Shown: piece after piece, positions 20,881 through 30,201 of the stretch | How the letters are laid out: every line of letters starts with the position of its first letter | Numbering within the stretch: position 1 is the first letter of the stretch | From: Berkelbacteria bacterium GW2011_GWE1_39_12 | Lineage (GTDB): Bacteria; Patescibacteriota; UBA1384; UBA12157 | Reading direction: 5' to 3' | Assembly: GCA_001029735.1 (NCBI GenBank) | Contig: CP011213.1 | Span: 140,087 to 204,086, forward strand | DNA: 64,000 nt | The notes under the pieces: model-generated | Database searches by the model: none | Told to the model about the DNA's origin: nothing | Seen by the model: the letters and a program-made list of their open reading frames with translations, nothing else | Program-made: the position numbers and the translations under genes

Positions 20881-21078
20881 TTAATCTTTGGTTGAAAGTC
20901 GGTAGAACCATATCGCTGCAGCTGCCATTAAAATAAGTCCAATGATAACGATTATGGAAAATTTTGAGCTGAACGGATTTAGCGTATCGGCAGATGCACT
21001 AATACTTTTGATCGACATTAAAACAACGCCAAACAAAGCTACCACAGAAGCAGAAATAAATTGGGTACTTTTTTTCAA
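20881..21078 (-). CDS. Small two-TM membrane protein
   Basis: 65 aa, TTG start after SD AAGGAGAGG. Confidence 0.6.
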   Translation of the reverse strand: MKKSTQFISASVVALFGVVLMSIKSISASADTLNPFSSKFSIIVIIGLILMAAAAIWFYRLSTKD

Positions 21079-21114
21079 AACCTCTCCTTATTTTTCAAAA
21101 TTCAACAATATTAT

Positions 21115-21528
21115 TTATTTGTGAGAATCTAAAAACGATTTAAGCTTTTCGGCAGTTTGGAAGCCCTCCAAACGATCACCGTTTTTAGCAATAAAACTAG
21201 GTGTACCGGAAACATTAAACTCTTTCCACCAGCCTTGATTTTCCGGATGATTCGAACCGACATTCATTGCCTTAACGCGATACCCTTGATCACCGAGCTC
21301 TTTTAGAACAGCTTGTTCTTTAATACACCAACTGCAATTATCCTGATAAAACTCCATAACATTGGCGTTGTCATCGTAATATGGCTGATTATCAAGATCA
21401 ACGCTTCCGACTGTTTGTGGACCGGCTGCTGTTGGATTATTATTATTAGTTTTAAAACCCCAAATTCCCAACGCAGCAATAGTGACGATTACAACAATCA
21501 AGCCTAAAATCCAGCGATTATTTTTCAT
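21115..21528 (-). CDS. Membrane-anchored thioredoxin-fold protein
   Basis: CSWC, cis-Pro GTP motif, N-terminal TM; start re-placed at MKNNRW with SD AAGGAG. Confidence 0.85.
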   Translation of the reverse strand: MKNNRWILGLIVVIVTIAALGIWGFKTNNNNPTAAGPQTVGSVDLDNQPYYDDNANVMEFYQDNCSWCIKEQAVLKELGDQGYRVKAMNVGSNHPENQGWWKEFNVSGTPSFIAKNGDRLEGFQTAEKLKSFLDSHK

Positions 21529-21581
21529 ATTTCTCCTTGAAAATCCGCGCAAATCTATTTGCCATCTTTTATTACCTTTCT

Positions 21582-22598
21582 CTATTTTTCTTGAGTTATA
21601 AGTTTTTCTATGAAGCGACAAAACTCTGCTAGTCTGTAAGAATAGCCAAGCTCATTATCATACCAAGCCAACACTTTTACAAGGTTTCCGCCAACAACTT
21701 GTGTCGAAAGGAGATCAATGATCGAAGCATTAGGGTTCCCTCTGAAATCAACTGAAACTAGCGGCTCATTGCAAACAGATAGAGCGCCGGCAAATTTCGG
21801 GTCGTTGGCTGCATCAATAAATGCCTGATTTACTTTTTGTTCAGTAGTTTCTTTTTTTAAAACGGCAACAAAATCAACCAAAGAGACAGTCGATGTTGGC
21901 ACTCGGAATGAAACTCCTGCCATTTTGTCTTTAAGCTCTGGAATCACTTCGGCCGTTGCTTTTGTTGCACCAGTGGTGGTCGGAATAATCGATTGCGAAG
22001 CCGCACGAGCTCGACGCAAGTCTTTATGCGGACTGTCTTGCAAAACCTGATCCATTGTATATGAGTGAATGGTGCTCATCATAGCTTTTTCGATTCCAAA
22101 GTTATCATTCAAAACTTTAGCCATCGGTGTCAAAGCATTTGTTGTACAAGACGCCATCGAACAAACATCATCTTCTTCAAGATTGAATTTTTCTTCGTTA
22201 ACACCTAAAACAAATGTTTTTATTGGATCTTCACCTTTTGATGGTGCCGAAATAATAACATGTTTTGCTCCGGCCCGGATATGTTTTCTGGCCTTACTTT
22301 TTTCCGTAAAGGCACCTGTAGATTCGATAACCACATCAATATCTAAATCTCTCCAAGGTAATTTTTCCGGGTCTTCTTCGGATAGGAATTTAATCATTTT
22401 GCCATCGACGGTTATATAGCCGTCTTCAATATCAACTTGGCCGGGAAATTCACCGTAGGTTGAATCATATTTAAGTAAATGACCTAAAGTTGCGACATCA
22501 CCTAAATCATTTATTGCGACAATATCCAGCTTAGCATCGTAGGCAGCTCGAAAAAAAGTACGACCGATTCGTCCAAAGCCATTAATTGCAATTTTCAT
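21582..22598 (-). CDS. gap: Glyceraldehyde-3-phosphate dehydrogenase type I
   Basis: INGFGRIGR, ASCTTN, WYDNE. Confidence 0.98.
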   Translation of the reverse strand: MKIAINGFGRIGRTFFRAAYDAKLDIVAINDLGDVATLGHLLKYDSTYGEFPGQVDIEDGYITVDGKMIKFLSEEDPEKLPWRDLDIDVVIESTGAFTEKSKARKHIRAGAKHVIISAPSKGEDPIKTFVLGVNEEKFNLEEDDVCSMASCTTNALTPMAKVLNDNFGIEKAMMSTIHSYTMDQVLQDSPHKDLRRARAASQSIIPTTTGATKATAEVIPELKDKMAGVSFRVPTSTVSLVDFVAVLKKETTEQKVNQAFIDAANDPKFAGALSVCNEPLVSVDFRGNPNASIIDLLSTQVVGGNLVKVLAWYDNELGYSYRLAEFCRFIEKLITQEK

Positions 22599-22661
22599 GT
22601 CATCTCCTTTTATAAATTAGTATTTTAATACTTCCATAAAAACAATCCTTTCGCAAGTAAT

Positions 22662-24221
22662 TTAACCAATGTCCATATCGGAAACATCTTCATTTGTCCT
22701 TGGACGATTAAGCTGCATCTCCTTTATACTAAGATTGGCAGGCCCGTTATTTACTTCTACGACCGGTGGCACGGGCGTTTGATTGATTGGGACTTGTGGT
22801 GGCGGAGCGTTAACAGAAGCTTGCTCTGGTATTTGCACAATTGGTTTCGCTGGTAAATCAGAAGGGATCTCTGATATCGTTTCCGCGTTTGATTTAAAAG
22901 TAAAAACCCCTCGATAGCGGTAAATTAAAAAAGCTATCACTAATATACCCATGGTAATCATGCTCCAAAGCGATATCTGCTGCAAAAGGCTCTTTTTGGT
23001 TTCTGTAGTCGGAGTATCAAAAGTGGTAGTAGTGTCGCCTGTTGTATCAAGTTTATTACCCGTTATTGTCTGGTTTTTTGTCGTCGTCGGTATAGAACTA
23101 ACCGTTCCGGTTTTTGGAGTCTTTGTCGTGGTTGTAGCTTTACTAGGAGTTGTAGTATTGCCGGTTTTACTAGTAATTGAACCAGTCCCTGTGTCTTCAG
23201 TTGATCCTCCGCTAGTATCACCACTTCCCGTGTCTCCGTCGTTCGTATCACTGCCGTTCGTATCACCATCACTTGTGTCTCCGTCGTTCGTATCACTGCC
23301 GTTCGTATCACCATCACTTGTGTCTCCATCGTTCGTATCACTGTTGTTCGTATCACCATCACTAGTATCGCCACCCCCCGTGTCGCCTCCGCTAGTATCT
23401 CCGTCGTCTGTAGCTACAGGCGACAAACTTAAACTAGCCGTATTACTATTACCACAGGTATCAGTTATAGTTTTACTCCCGCTGTTATAGTCACCTTTTG
23501 TCATAGAAACGGCATAAGAACTGTTATTTGAAAGAAACGGCACAGTTATTTGATAGCGACCACTGTTATCGGTTGCAACAGAATAACCTCGAAGAGAAAC
23601 TGTAGCACCGGAAATTGCAGCGCCGGTTTTCTGATCAGTAACAGTGCCACTAAGACTAAAGGTAGCCTGAGTTGCTCTAATTCTGAAATCATGAATTGTC
23701 TGGTTAGCATTAAGGATAATTTGTGTTTGAACTGCTGTTTTCTGCGAGTTACATGCTGATTTGAAATCTGATTCACTGCCAAAAACCGGATTGGTGAATT
23801 TAATATCCGTCGGCGAGCTTGCGTATTGATATTTAAGAGAAGACACACTCCCAGCGGTCGGTTTTACAGAACCAATGGCCGAATTGTTGGCTCCATAGAG
23901 AACAGCCGTTGTAAGCACACCCGAACCGAACGCAGAAACTGATACATCATTGTTGTTGGGATTAAACGTCAAGCGTAACGTCGACTTGGCTGAATACCAA
24001 TCATTTAAAACACCCCAAGTAATTTGATGCGAGGCACTGCTAACTGGAGTAAATTTAGACTCTTCCCAAACTCCAGGTGTAAAGCTATCAGCTTTTATTT
24101 TATTTGTAGAAATTTGATAATAATAAGCACCGCCAGCAAGTCCAATAACAAGAAAGGCGATAACAACAAATAAGAGAGTCTTTTTTTTTATCAAGAAAAC
24201 CTCAAACTTTCTGCCGGCCAA
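22662..24221 (-). CDS. Two-TM surface protein with carboxypeptidase-regulatory-like domain, Asp/Thr/Gly pentapeptide repeats and Pro-rich tail
   Basis: LSGTVTDQKTGAAISGATVSL...TDNSGRY; (G/S)DTxx repeats; Thr-rich linker; TMs near both ends. Confidence 0.8.
   Translation of the reverse strand: MAGRKFEVFLIKKKTLLFVVIAFLVIGLAGGAYYYQISTNKIKADSFTPGVWEESKFTPVSSASHQITWGVLNDWYSAKSTLRLTFNPNNNDVSVSAFGSGVLTTAVLYGANNSAIGSVKPTAGSVSSLKYQYASSPTDIKFTNPVFGSESDFKSACNSQKTAVQTQIILNANQTIHDFRIRATQATFSLSGTVTDQKTGAAISGATVSLRGYSVATDNSGRYQITVPFLSNNSSYAVSMTKGDYNSGSKTITDTCGNSNTASLSLSPVATDDGDTSGGDTGGGDTSDGDTNNSDTNDGDTSDGDTNGSDTNDGDTSDGDTNGSDTNDGDTGSGDTSGGSTEDTGTGSITSKTGNTTTPSKATTTTKTPKTGTVSSIPTTTKNQTITGNKLDTTGDTTTTFDTPTTETKKSLLQQISLWSMITMGILVIAFLIYRYRGVFTFKSNAETISEIPSDLPAKPIVQIPEQASVNAPPPQVPINQTPVPPVVEVNNGPANLSIKEMQLNRPRTNEDVSDMDIG
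23230..23364. repeat. Coding tandem repeat, 3 x 45 bp (15-bp subunits)
   Basis: GTGTCTCCGTCGTTCGTATCACTGCCGTTCGTATCACCATCACTT at 23230, 23275 (identical) and 23320 (variant). Confidence 0.92.
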
Positions 24222-25201
24222 CGATATTCGTCGACCCTTAGTTTAATTTGATTATTAGAAAGCAATCCTTGTTGCGCACCAAATTTGCCTACAACGGACG
24301 CCGAATTTGTTACTCCCCATTTTAGACAAGTGATTAGTTCCTCACCTTTAATTTTGGCTGCCAAAAAGCCAGCAGCAAAAGAGTCCCCTGCCCCAGTCGA
24401 TTCAACTCGTGAGCCGGGATAAATCCCGACCTTAATAAATTCGCCTTGTTCAAAAACGTAAGCTCCCTCTTTTCCATCGGTAATTACTACAGTTTTTGGA
24501 CCATATTGATGTATGTTTTTAGCAATTTGCTTTACCGTATCGTAAGGATGGCCATCGACAAGCATTCTTGCTTCTTCCTTATTAATAAATAAAATCTCCG
24601 TCACAGATAATAAGCCTAAAACTTTTTGCAAGCCATCGTGAAGCTGTACAGAACCTGGGTTCCAGGCAATTTTAATGTTTTTTTCTGCTGCCAAAGACGT
24701 CATTTTGGAAAATAAAGACTGATACCCTTCCCCCATTGGGCTAACATAAAGCCATTCGGAATCTAAATTCTTCGGTAAATCAAAATCTTGCGGTTCGAAT
24801 GCATGATAAACCAAAATCGAACGCTCTCCTTTAAAAGAAATGATGACTGAAAAGCTGGATTTATTTTTATTTTTTGATTTGAAATTTTCTGTATTAACTT
24901 TTGAATTGATTAGTCTCTCAAAAATTTCTTGACCATCATCATCTTTTCCGTATGCACCAATGAGAGCTGATTTTATGCCAAGTTTAGAAAGACCCACGGC
25001 GACATTGCATGCAGTTCCACCAATATCATCGAAACTATCCGATATGGTGATTTTATCGCCATATCCCAAAACCAAAAATTTCTCATCGGTTTGGCGATAA
25101 TGTAGATCGGCACCGGAAACCGGTTTTTTCATCTCGTCAATAGCTGGAAAAACGAAAATATCTTTCATTGCATCGCCAATTGTTGTGACTTGGTTTTTCA
25201 T
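24191..25201 (-). CDS. PfkB-family carbohydrate kinase
   Basis: GGTACNVAVGLSKLG, NKEEA, STGAGDSF. Confidence 0.92.
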   Translation of the reverse strand: MKNQVTTIGDAMKDIFVFPAIDEMKKPVSGADLHYRQTDEKFLVLGYGDKITISDSFDDIGGTACNVAVGLSKLGIKSALIGAYGKDDDGQEIFERLINSKVNTENFKSKNKNKSSFSVIISFKGERSILVYHAFEPQDFDLPKNLDSEWLYVSPMGEGYQSLFSKMTSLAAEKNIKIAWNPGSVQLHDGLQKVLGLLSVTEILFINKEEARMLVDGHPYDTVKQIAKNIHQYGPKTVVITDGKEGAYVFEQGEFIKVGIYPGSRVESTGAGDSFAAGFLAAKIKGEELITCLKWGVTNSASVVGKFGAQQGLLSNNQIKLRVDEYRWPAESLRFS

Positions 25202-25203
25202 AA

Positions 25204-25515
25204 TTAACTACCGAAGACCATAGAATATATTTTTAACATCGTTATCATGGAAACAGTCAGATATTGCAAAATTGGTAATAAAATAAGAGAAACGACCAAA
25301 CCAACGGACATTTTTTGTTCTTTAAATTTTCCTGCTGAAATTAATATTAAAATAATTATAGAAAATACTGCAGAAAAAATTACGCCCAAAATCGTGACGG
25401 ACGAAACTGTACCGGCAGGATTTCTAAATAATATAAATAAATTAATAATAAGAATTATTAAATTAACCAAAAATGTTGATAAATAAATTTTCTTTATACT
25501 GTTCATATTTTTCAT
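25204..25515 (-). CDS. Three-TM hypothetical protein
   Basis: 103 aa hydrophobic; ATGA overlap with fba. Confidence 0.65.
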   Translation of the reverse strand: MKNMNSIKKIYLSTFLVNLIILIINLFILFRNPAGTVSSVTILGVIFSAVFSIIILILISAGKFKEQKMSVGLVVSLILLPILQYLTVSMITMLKIYSMVFGS

Positions 25516-26339
25516 GCTTTATCCTTGCTGCCAAAAGTTTCGATTTTTCCTTCAATTAGTTTTTGAATATCTTTCATTACTTGCGCCATAATATCTCGAG
25601 GGTCATCCAGATTTTTCTTTGCCATTTCGCGAATAGTCTCGGCAAAAGTATGACGAATATCAGTATCGATATTGATTTTACAAATGCCATTAGCAACAAC
25701 TGATTTAATATCCTCATCTGAGACATCGGAAGCGCCATGCAACACTAATGGCACTGAAGTTTTTCGGCGGATTTTTTTGAGCAAATCAATTTTAGGCTTG
25801 TCGGTGTGACCCACAATAACACCATGAGCAGTACCAATTGCTGTCGCTAAAAAATCAACTCCGGTCTTTTTGACAAACTCAGCCACTTCACTTGGATCTG
25901 TAAAGCTTTCTTCCTCGCCAACTTTCCGTACTGCACCAAGTTCGGCTTCACAAGGAATACCAGCACGATGCGACATTTCTACTGCTTGGCGCGTAAAAAT
26001 AATATTTTCGGCTAAAGGTAGTCTGGACCCATCAAACATAACTGAAGTATAACCGGCTTTAATACATTCTGATATAACTTCCAACTTACTACCATGATCC
26101 AAATGCAATGCCACTGGCACTTTCGATTTTTTAGCCTCCACTTTCACGATTGCCGTAATTTCTTCTAAACCTGCATAAGCAATCGCTTTTTCTGAGGTTT
26201 GAATAATAACAGGTGATTTCATTTTTTCTGCAGCCCAAATAATGGCCTTGGTGATTTCCATATCAGAAGTATTAAAAGCCCCGATAGCGTATTTGCCGCG
26301 CTGCGCGTCTAGAATAATTTGTTTTGAAGTAACCAACAT
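25512..26339 (-). CDS. fba: Class II fructose-bisphosphate aldolase
   Basis: HLDH, SVMFDGS, GTAHG, LVLHGAS, KINIDTD. Confidence 0.95.
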   Translation of the reverse strand: MLVTSKQIILDAQRGKYAIGAFNTSDMEITKAIIWAAEKMKSPVIIQTSEKAIAYAGLEEITAIVKVEAKKSKVPVALHLDHGSKLEVISECIKAGYTSVMFDGSRLPLAENIIFTRQAVEMSHRAGIPCEAELGAVRKVGEEESFTDPSEVAEFVKKTGVDFLATAIGTAHGVIVGHTDKPKIDLLKKIRRKTSVPLVLHGASDVSDEDIKSVVANGICKINIDTDIRHTFAETIREMAKKNLDDPRDIMAQVMKDIQKLIEGKIETFGSKDKA

Positions 26340-27128
26340 TTATCTTCCCCCTGCCGCTTCGCGGCATATTTTGATAAATTCTTTTGCTTTCAGGGACGCT
26401 CCACCTACCAAAACACCATCTATTTCCGGTTGAAAAACAAATTCCCGTACATTTTCTGAATCAACCGAACCACCATACAAAATATGAATTCTTTCGGAAA
26501 CCGGACCACCGAAAAGATCAGCTAAAATATCTCTTAAATCTTTAATTACTTCTGCAGCGTAACCACCAGTAGCCGCATCCCCTGTGCCGATCGCCCAGAC
26601 CGGTTCATAGGCAATTATGATTTTATCGGCATCATTACGAGAAATATTTTTTAGCGATCCTTTAAGTTGCGAAAAAAGATCATTTTCCGTAACTAATTTA
26701 TTAGGCCGGCCGGGCTTTTTGGCCAACGATCTTTTGTGCTTTTCTCCAACACAAACAATTGGTGTTAGACCGTTTTCTAAAGCTGCGGTAACTTTATCGC
26801 AGATTAAATTATTATCTTCCAAAAAGTTTGAACGTCTCTCACTATGGCCCAAAATAACATATTTTGCCAAAACTTTTACCATATTAGGCGAAACTTCACC
26901 CGTCATGGCACCTTTCTCCGCAAACCACATATTTTGAGCGCCAAGCTTTAAATTGCTTGGACTTTTCTCTAAAATTTCTGCCAAAGGGTACAACCAAATA
27001 AAAGGAGGGCAAAGAATAATCTCCACACCTAAATCCGCTACCGCGTTCTTAACAGAAGTTGCTAAAACTATTGCGTCAGCCAAGTTAGTGTTCATTTTCC
27101 AATTTCCGACAATGATAGGTCTTCGCAT
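26340..27128 (-). CDS. tpiA: Triosephosphate isomerase
   Basis: GNWKMN, GHSERR, AYEPVWAIGTG, LYGGSV, LVGGASL. Confidence 0.98.
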   Translation of the reverse strand: MRRPIIVGNWKMNTNLADAIVLATSVKNAVADLGVEIILCPPFIWLYPLAEILEKSPSNLKLGAQNMWFAEKGAMTGEVSPNMVKVLAKYVILGHSERRSNFLEDNNLICDKVTAALENGLTPIVCVGEKHKRSLAKKPGRPNKLVTENDLFSQLKGSLKNISRNDADKIIIAYEPVWAIGTGDAATGGYAAEVIKDLRDILADLFGGPVSERIHILYGGSVDSENVREFVFQPEIDGVLVGGASLKAKEFIKICREAAGGR

Positions 27129-27171
27129 ATTCCTCCTAATAACATCTTACCGCGAATCTTAAAAAAATTCA

Positions 27172-27202
27172 AAAACAGCGGGGTTTAAATCCGCTGTTTT
27201 TT
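27172..27202 (-). terminator. Intrinsic terminator
   Basis: AAAAACAGCGG/CCGCTGTTTTT stem. Confidence 0.75.
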
Positions 27203-27216
27203 TAACATACTTCTTC

Positions 27217-27666
27217 CTAATAACTCATATAACTGTAATTATAATGGGTCAAGCTGTAAATAATCTGTTGGAAAACTGAATTACTAACTACGATACGGAC
27301 CGTATTGCGCGAATTTCCGCCCCGGTAACTGTTCAAATTTACAGTTTCTCTGGTAAGTCTGTTAACCAAAACTATATTTACATTCTGGCTGTATCTATAG
27401 TGATATGGCACGTAGCTGCGCAAGTAAGGATAGTATGTAAAGATGTTACTCCTGAAATAGAAGTGTCTCCTGTCGTATCGGTCACGATCACGGCGACCTC
27501 GGTCTCGGTCTCGGTCTCGGTCTCGATCTCGATCATACCTTCCATCACGATCATTGTAACGATTATCATCTCCTCGGTAATTTTGAGCTTGAGCTGGTGT
27601 AGCAGATAAACCAATGCTGGCTGCCATTACCGCCACCATTAATCCAACTTTTAAGATACTTTTCAT
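27217..27666 (-). CDS. Secreted low-complexity protein with (RD)n and Tyr-rich segments
   Basis: SD GGGAGGTGA, signal peptide ending PAQA, RYDRDRDRDRDRDRGRRDRDRY. Confidence 0.75.
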   Translation of the reverse strand: MKSILKVGLMVAVMAASIGLSATPAQAQNYRGDDNRYNDRDGRYDRDRDRDRDRDRGRRDRDRYDRRHFYFRSNIFTYYPYLRSYVPYHYRYSQNVNIVLVNRLTRETVNLNSYRGGNSRNTVRIVVSNSVFQQIIYSLTHYNYSYMSY

Positions 27667-27709
27667 TTTTATCACCTCCCTTCTAATGTTTTTCAAGGAT
27701 TACTTACTT

Positions 27710-27997
27710 TTAGTTATTCCAACTCCAATTAATACTGTTCCAATTGTTGTTCCAATTACTATTCCAATTCATAATGCGGTAGCGATGGCAAGAATTGCTG
27801 TAGTTGTGTTGTCTATGCAACTTAAAACACTGGTTGTTTCTGTTCCAATTGAATCTGTGATGACCTTGGTCACAGCAAGAGAAATTGTCGCGGTTATGTG
27901 CTGAAGCAACTTTAACTAGGCCTCCATTAACAAATAGGGCACTTCCCGAGAAAAGAAGAGCAGCTGCCATAAAAATTCCTAAGAAAATTTTTTTCAT
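27710..27997 (-). CDS. Secreted Asn/Trp/His-rich small protein
   Basis: SD AAGGTGGTGA, signal peptide ending VASA, four Cys, C-terminal NWNSNWNNNWNSINWSWNN. Confidence 0.7.
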   Translation of the reverse strand: MKKIFLGIFMAAALLFSGSALFVNGGLVKVASAHNRDNFSCCDQGHHRFNWNRNNQCFKLHRQHNYSNSCHRYRIMNWNSNWNNNWNSINWSWNN

Positions 27998-28035
27998 TTA
28001 TATCACCACCTTTCTGAACCCATAGTAAAACAGAC

Positions 28036-28055
28036 TGATAGAGAATTCTTTATCA
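28036..28055. promoter_or_regulatory. Candidate operator (near-perfect 20-bp palindrome)
   Basis: TGATAGAGAATTCTTTATCA, 18 of 20 positions symmetric, ~40 nt upstream of 27997. Confidence 0.45.
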
Positions 28056-28168
28056 ATTTAAATTAAAAAGGAAGATAAATTCTAAATTTTTTGGAAATCA
28101 ACAATAATACCGACGATTATATTTTATCGCCAACTTAGAACTTTTTGTTTGTCTTATTTCACAAGCGA

Positions 28169-29362
28169 CTATTGTTTCATAGATTTTCTATGAAGGGTTC
28201 GGTAGTACGAAATCGCGAAGCGATGAGCCTCATCTCTTAAGCGTAAAAGATACATTTTATCGAAATTTAAATTTTTCGCTCCAATTAATTCAGTACCTTT
28301 TCGATCTTTTCCTTTGGCAATACCAACGACAGGAATATTTATTTTGCGCTCTAATAAAACTTCTAAGAATGCATTAACTTGAGACCTGCCACCATCAACC
28401 AAAATTAATTCTGGCAAAGGCCACTCTTCGTGATTTAAGCGGCGATTTAAAACTTCTTTCAACATCGCTACGTCGTTGGCACCTCTGACCGATTTTATTT
28501 TAAATTTTCTGTATTGATTCTTATCGATTAAACCTTCGGAAAAAACCACCATCGAACCGACGGCAAATTCTCCGGAGATATTTGAAATATCATAGGCTTC
28601 AATTCTTTTCGGAGCAGGTTTTTCTTCTAAATTTTCAGCAGTAACCAAAGCCACATCTTGTATATGTTTAAGTGCGAATATTTGATCACGTTTTTTGGCT
28701 GCTCTTTCAAATTCCATTTTTTTGGCTGAAATTTTCATTTCTTTTTCTAAATCTGCAATAATTTGTTTTTTCTTGCCTTTTAAAAATAAACGGATTTTAT
28801 TGATCGTTTTTTGATATTCTTTTTGTTCAACTTTACCTACACAAACACCTGGGCAAAGTCCCATATGATATTCAAAACACGCTTTGCCAGAATTTGGTTC
28901 GCAGGAATATCTAAATGGAAAAATTTTACGAATAATTTGCAAGGCTTCACGGACATCAGTTGCCGACGGAAACGGGCCGTAAAATTCACCGTCCGGTAGT
29001 TTTTCAGTTATTCTTGCCGGCATTACGCGCGGCCAATCTTCTTTCGTGACAAAAATACCAAGGTAAGTTTTGTCATCTTTCAATTTGATATTATATTTTG
29101 GTTGATATTTTTTAATTAACTCGTTTTCCAAAAGCAAGGCTTCTATCACCGATTCCGTTTGGCGAGTTTCGATAACGGAAACTTGAGACAGCATTTTTTC
29201 AATTCGAGTTTCTTGCGGTCGTTGAAAATAGCTAATAACACGGCGTTTTAACGACGAGGCCTTACCGATATATAAAATAGTGCGATCTGCGCTTCGCATT
29301 AAATAGACGCCTGGTTCGTCTGGAAACTTTTTAATTTTTTCGATTAATTTAAGTGTATTCAT
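28169..29362 (-). CDS. uvrC: Excinuclease ABC subunit C, short form without HhH tail
   Basis: PGVYL...YIGKA GIY-YIG, UVR motif FERAAKKRD, RIEAYDISN, LVDGG, LRDEAHRFA. Confidence 0.95.
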   Translation of the reverse strand: MNTLKLIEKIKKFPDEPGVYLMRSADRTILYIGKASSLKRRVISYFQRPQETRIEKMLSQVSVIETRQTESVIEALLLENELIKKYQPKYNIKLKDDKTYLGIFVTKEDWPRVMPARITEKLPDGEFYGPFPSATDVREALQIIRKIFPFRYSCEPNSGKACFEYHMGLCPGVCVGKVEQKEYQKTINKIRLFLKGKKKQIIADLEKEMKISAKKMEFERAAKKRDQIFALKHIQDVALVTAENLEEKPAPKRIEAYDISNISGEFAVGSMVVFSEGLIDKNQYRKFKIKSVRGANDVAMLKEVLNRRLNHEEWPLPELILVDGGRSQVNAFLEVLLERKINIPVVGIAKGKDRKGTELIGAKNLNFDKMYLLRLRDEAHRFAISYYRTLHRKSMKQ

Positions 29363-29368
29363 ATTTCG

Positions 29369-29401
29369 TTAGAAATTCCGCGACAATCTCTGATTGGCCA
29401 T
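29369..29401 (-). other. Possible 10-codon uORF MANQRLSRNF before uvrC
   Basis: ATG GCC AAT CAG AGA TTG TCG CGG AAT TTC TAA ends 6 nt before the uvrC ATG; arises from a tandem copy of the pre-ATG motif. Confidence 0.35.
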
Positions 29402-29506
29402 ATTTTTCTTTAGAAAAATTCCGCGATAATTTTAATTATCTATTTTTAGGTTTAATTGTATCAGGAAATATCTTATGAATCAAACGTCAATTTAAAAATC
29501 CGCCGA

Positions 29507-30067
29507 CTATGCCGACGGAGTCTTGGCGTCAATTGTTGGATTACGCCCTTTGGCAACCTCAGGTTCTGTAAGACGGACTTTCTCCGCCTCTTGATTTCGC
29601 CTGCGACGCTGAACAATTTTGCCAGCCAAATAGAACAATCCGGTAACAGTTGCCACTCCGGCAACAGTTGCAGCTGCTTTCATCGCAACATCCCAGTTCT
29701 TGCAACTATCCTCGGCCTTAATCAGAATAAGACGTGATATAAATGCCGCACGTAGTTGCTGGCGATAATCACTCAGAGCCATTCCCTGCTCGGCCGCGTC
29801 ATCACTCGACTTCTTGGCGAGTTGCTTGGCAATCCGATCGATCGATTTAGTTGCGTTATTTGCCCAGATACGAAGACGCTTCAGATCGAGTAACGATTTC
29901 TTTTTGGTGAAACTTGGCGTTTTGAAAAGCTCTACAATGTCTTCGAGCCGCTTATGCTGCTCGTCGACAGCAATCCCTTTCTTTATAACCTTGTTTAGCA
30001 GCGTCGTCACAACCGGATCCAAAAGAGCATCTAGATCCTCAGTACTAAGACGGTCTTGCTTTTCCAT
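29507..30067 (-). CDS. Hypothetical helical protein with C-terminal TM
   Basis: SD GGAGG before MEKQDR; TM followed by a basic RRRR patch. Confidence 0.65.
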   Translation of the reverse strand: MEKQDRLSTEDLDALLDPVVTTLLNKVIKKGIAVDEQHKRLEDIVELFKTPSFTKKKSLLDLKRLRIWANNATKSIDRIAKQLAKKSSDDAAEQGMALSDYRQQLRAAFISRLILIKAEDSCKNWDVAMKAAATVAGVATVTGLFYLAGKIVQRRRRNQEAEKVRLTEPEVAKGRNPTIDAKTPSA

Positions 30068-30201
30068 CCTTATCCTCCGAAACCGAATAACTGCCTCCAA
30101 ATCTTAACACTTGAATTTCTCCTTTGCAATAAGGATTGACAAAAAGCGGTTTTTCGCGTAATATATTCATCAGTACATAAACCTGCACTTGGAGATCAAA
30201 A

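Noticed and set aside
22951-23490. ORFs 22951..23490 and 23063..23374, and a CRISPR reading of the 45-bp repeats
   Set aside because: Alternative frames of a coding tandem repeat; no unique spacers and no cas genes
27378-27904. Alternative ORFs over the RD- and NW-rich genes
   Set aside because: Kept open by low-complexity repeats; the chosen frames have SDs and signal peptides
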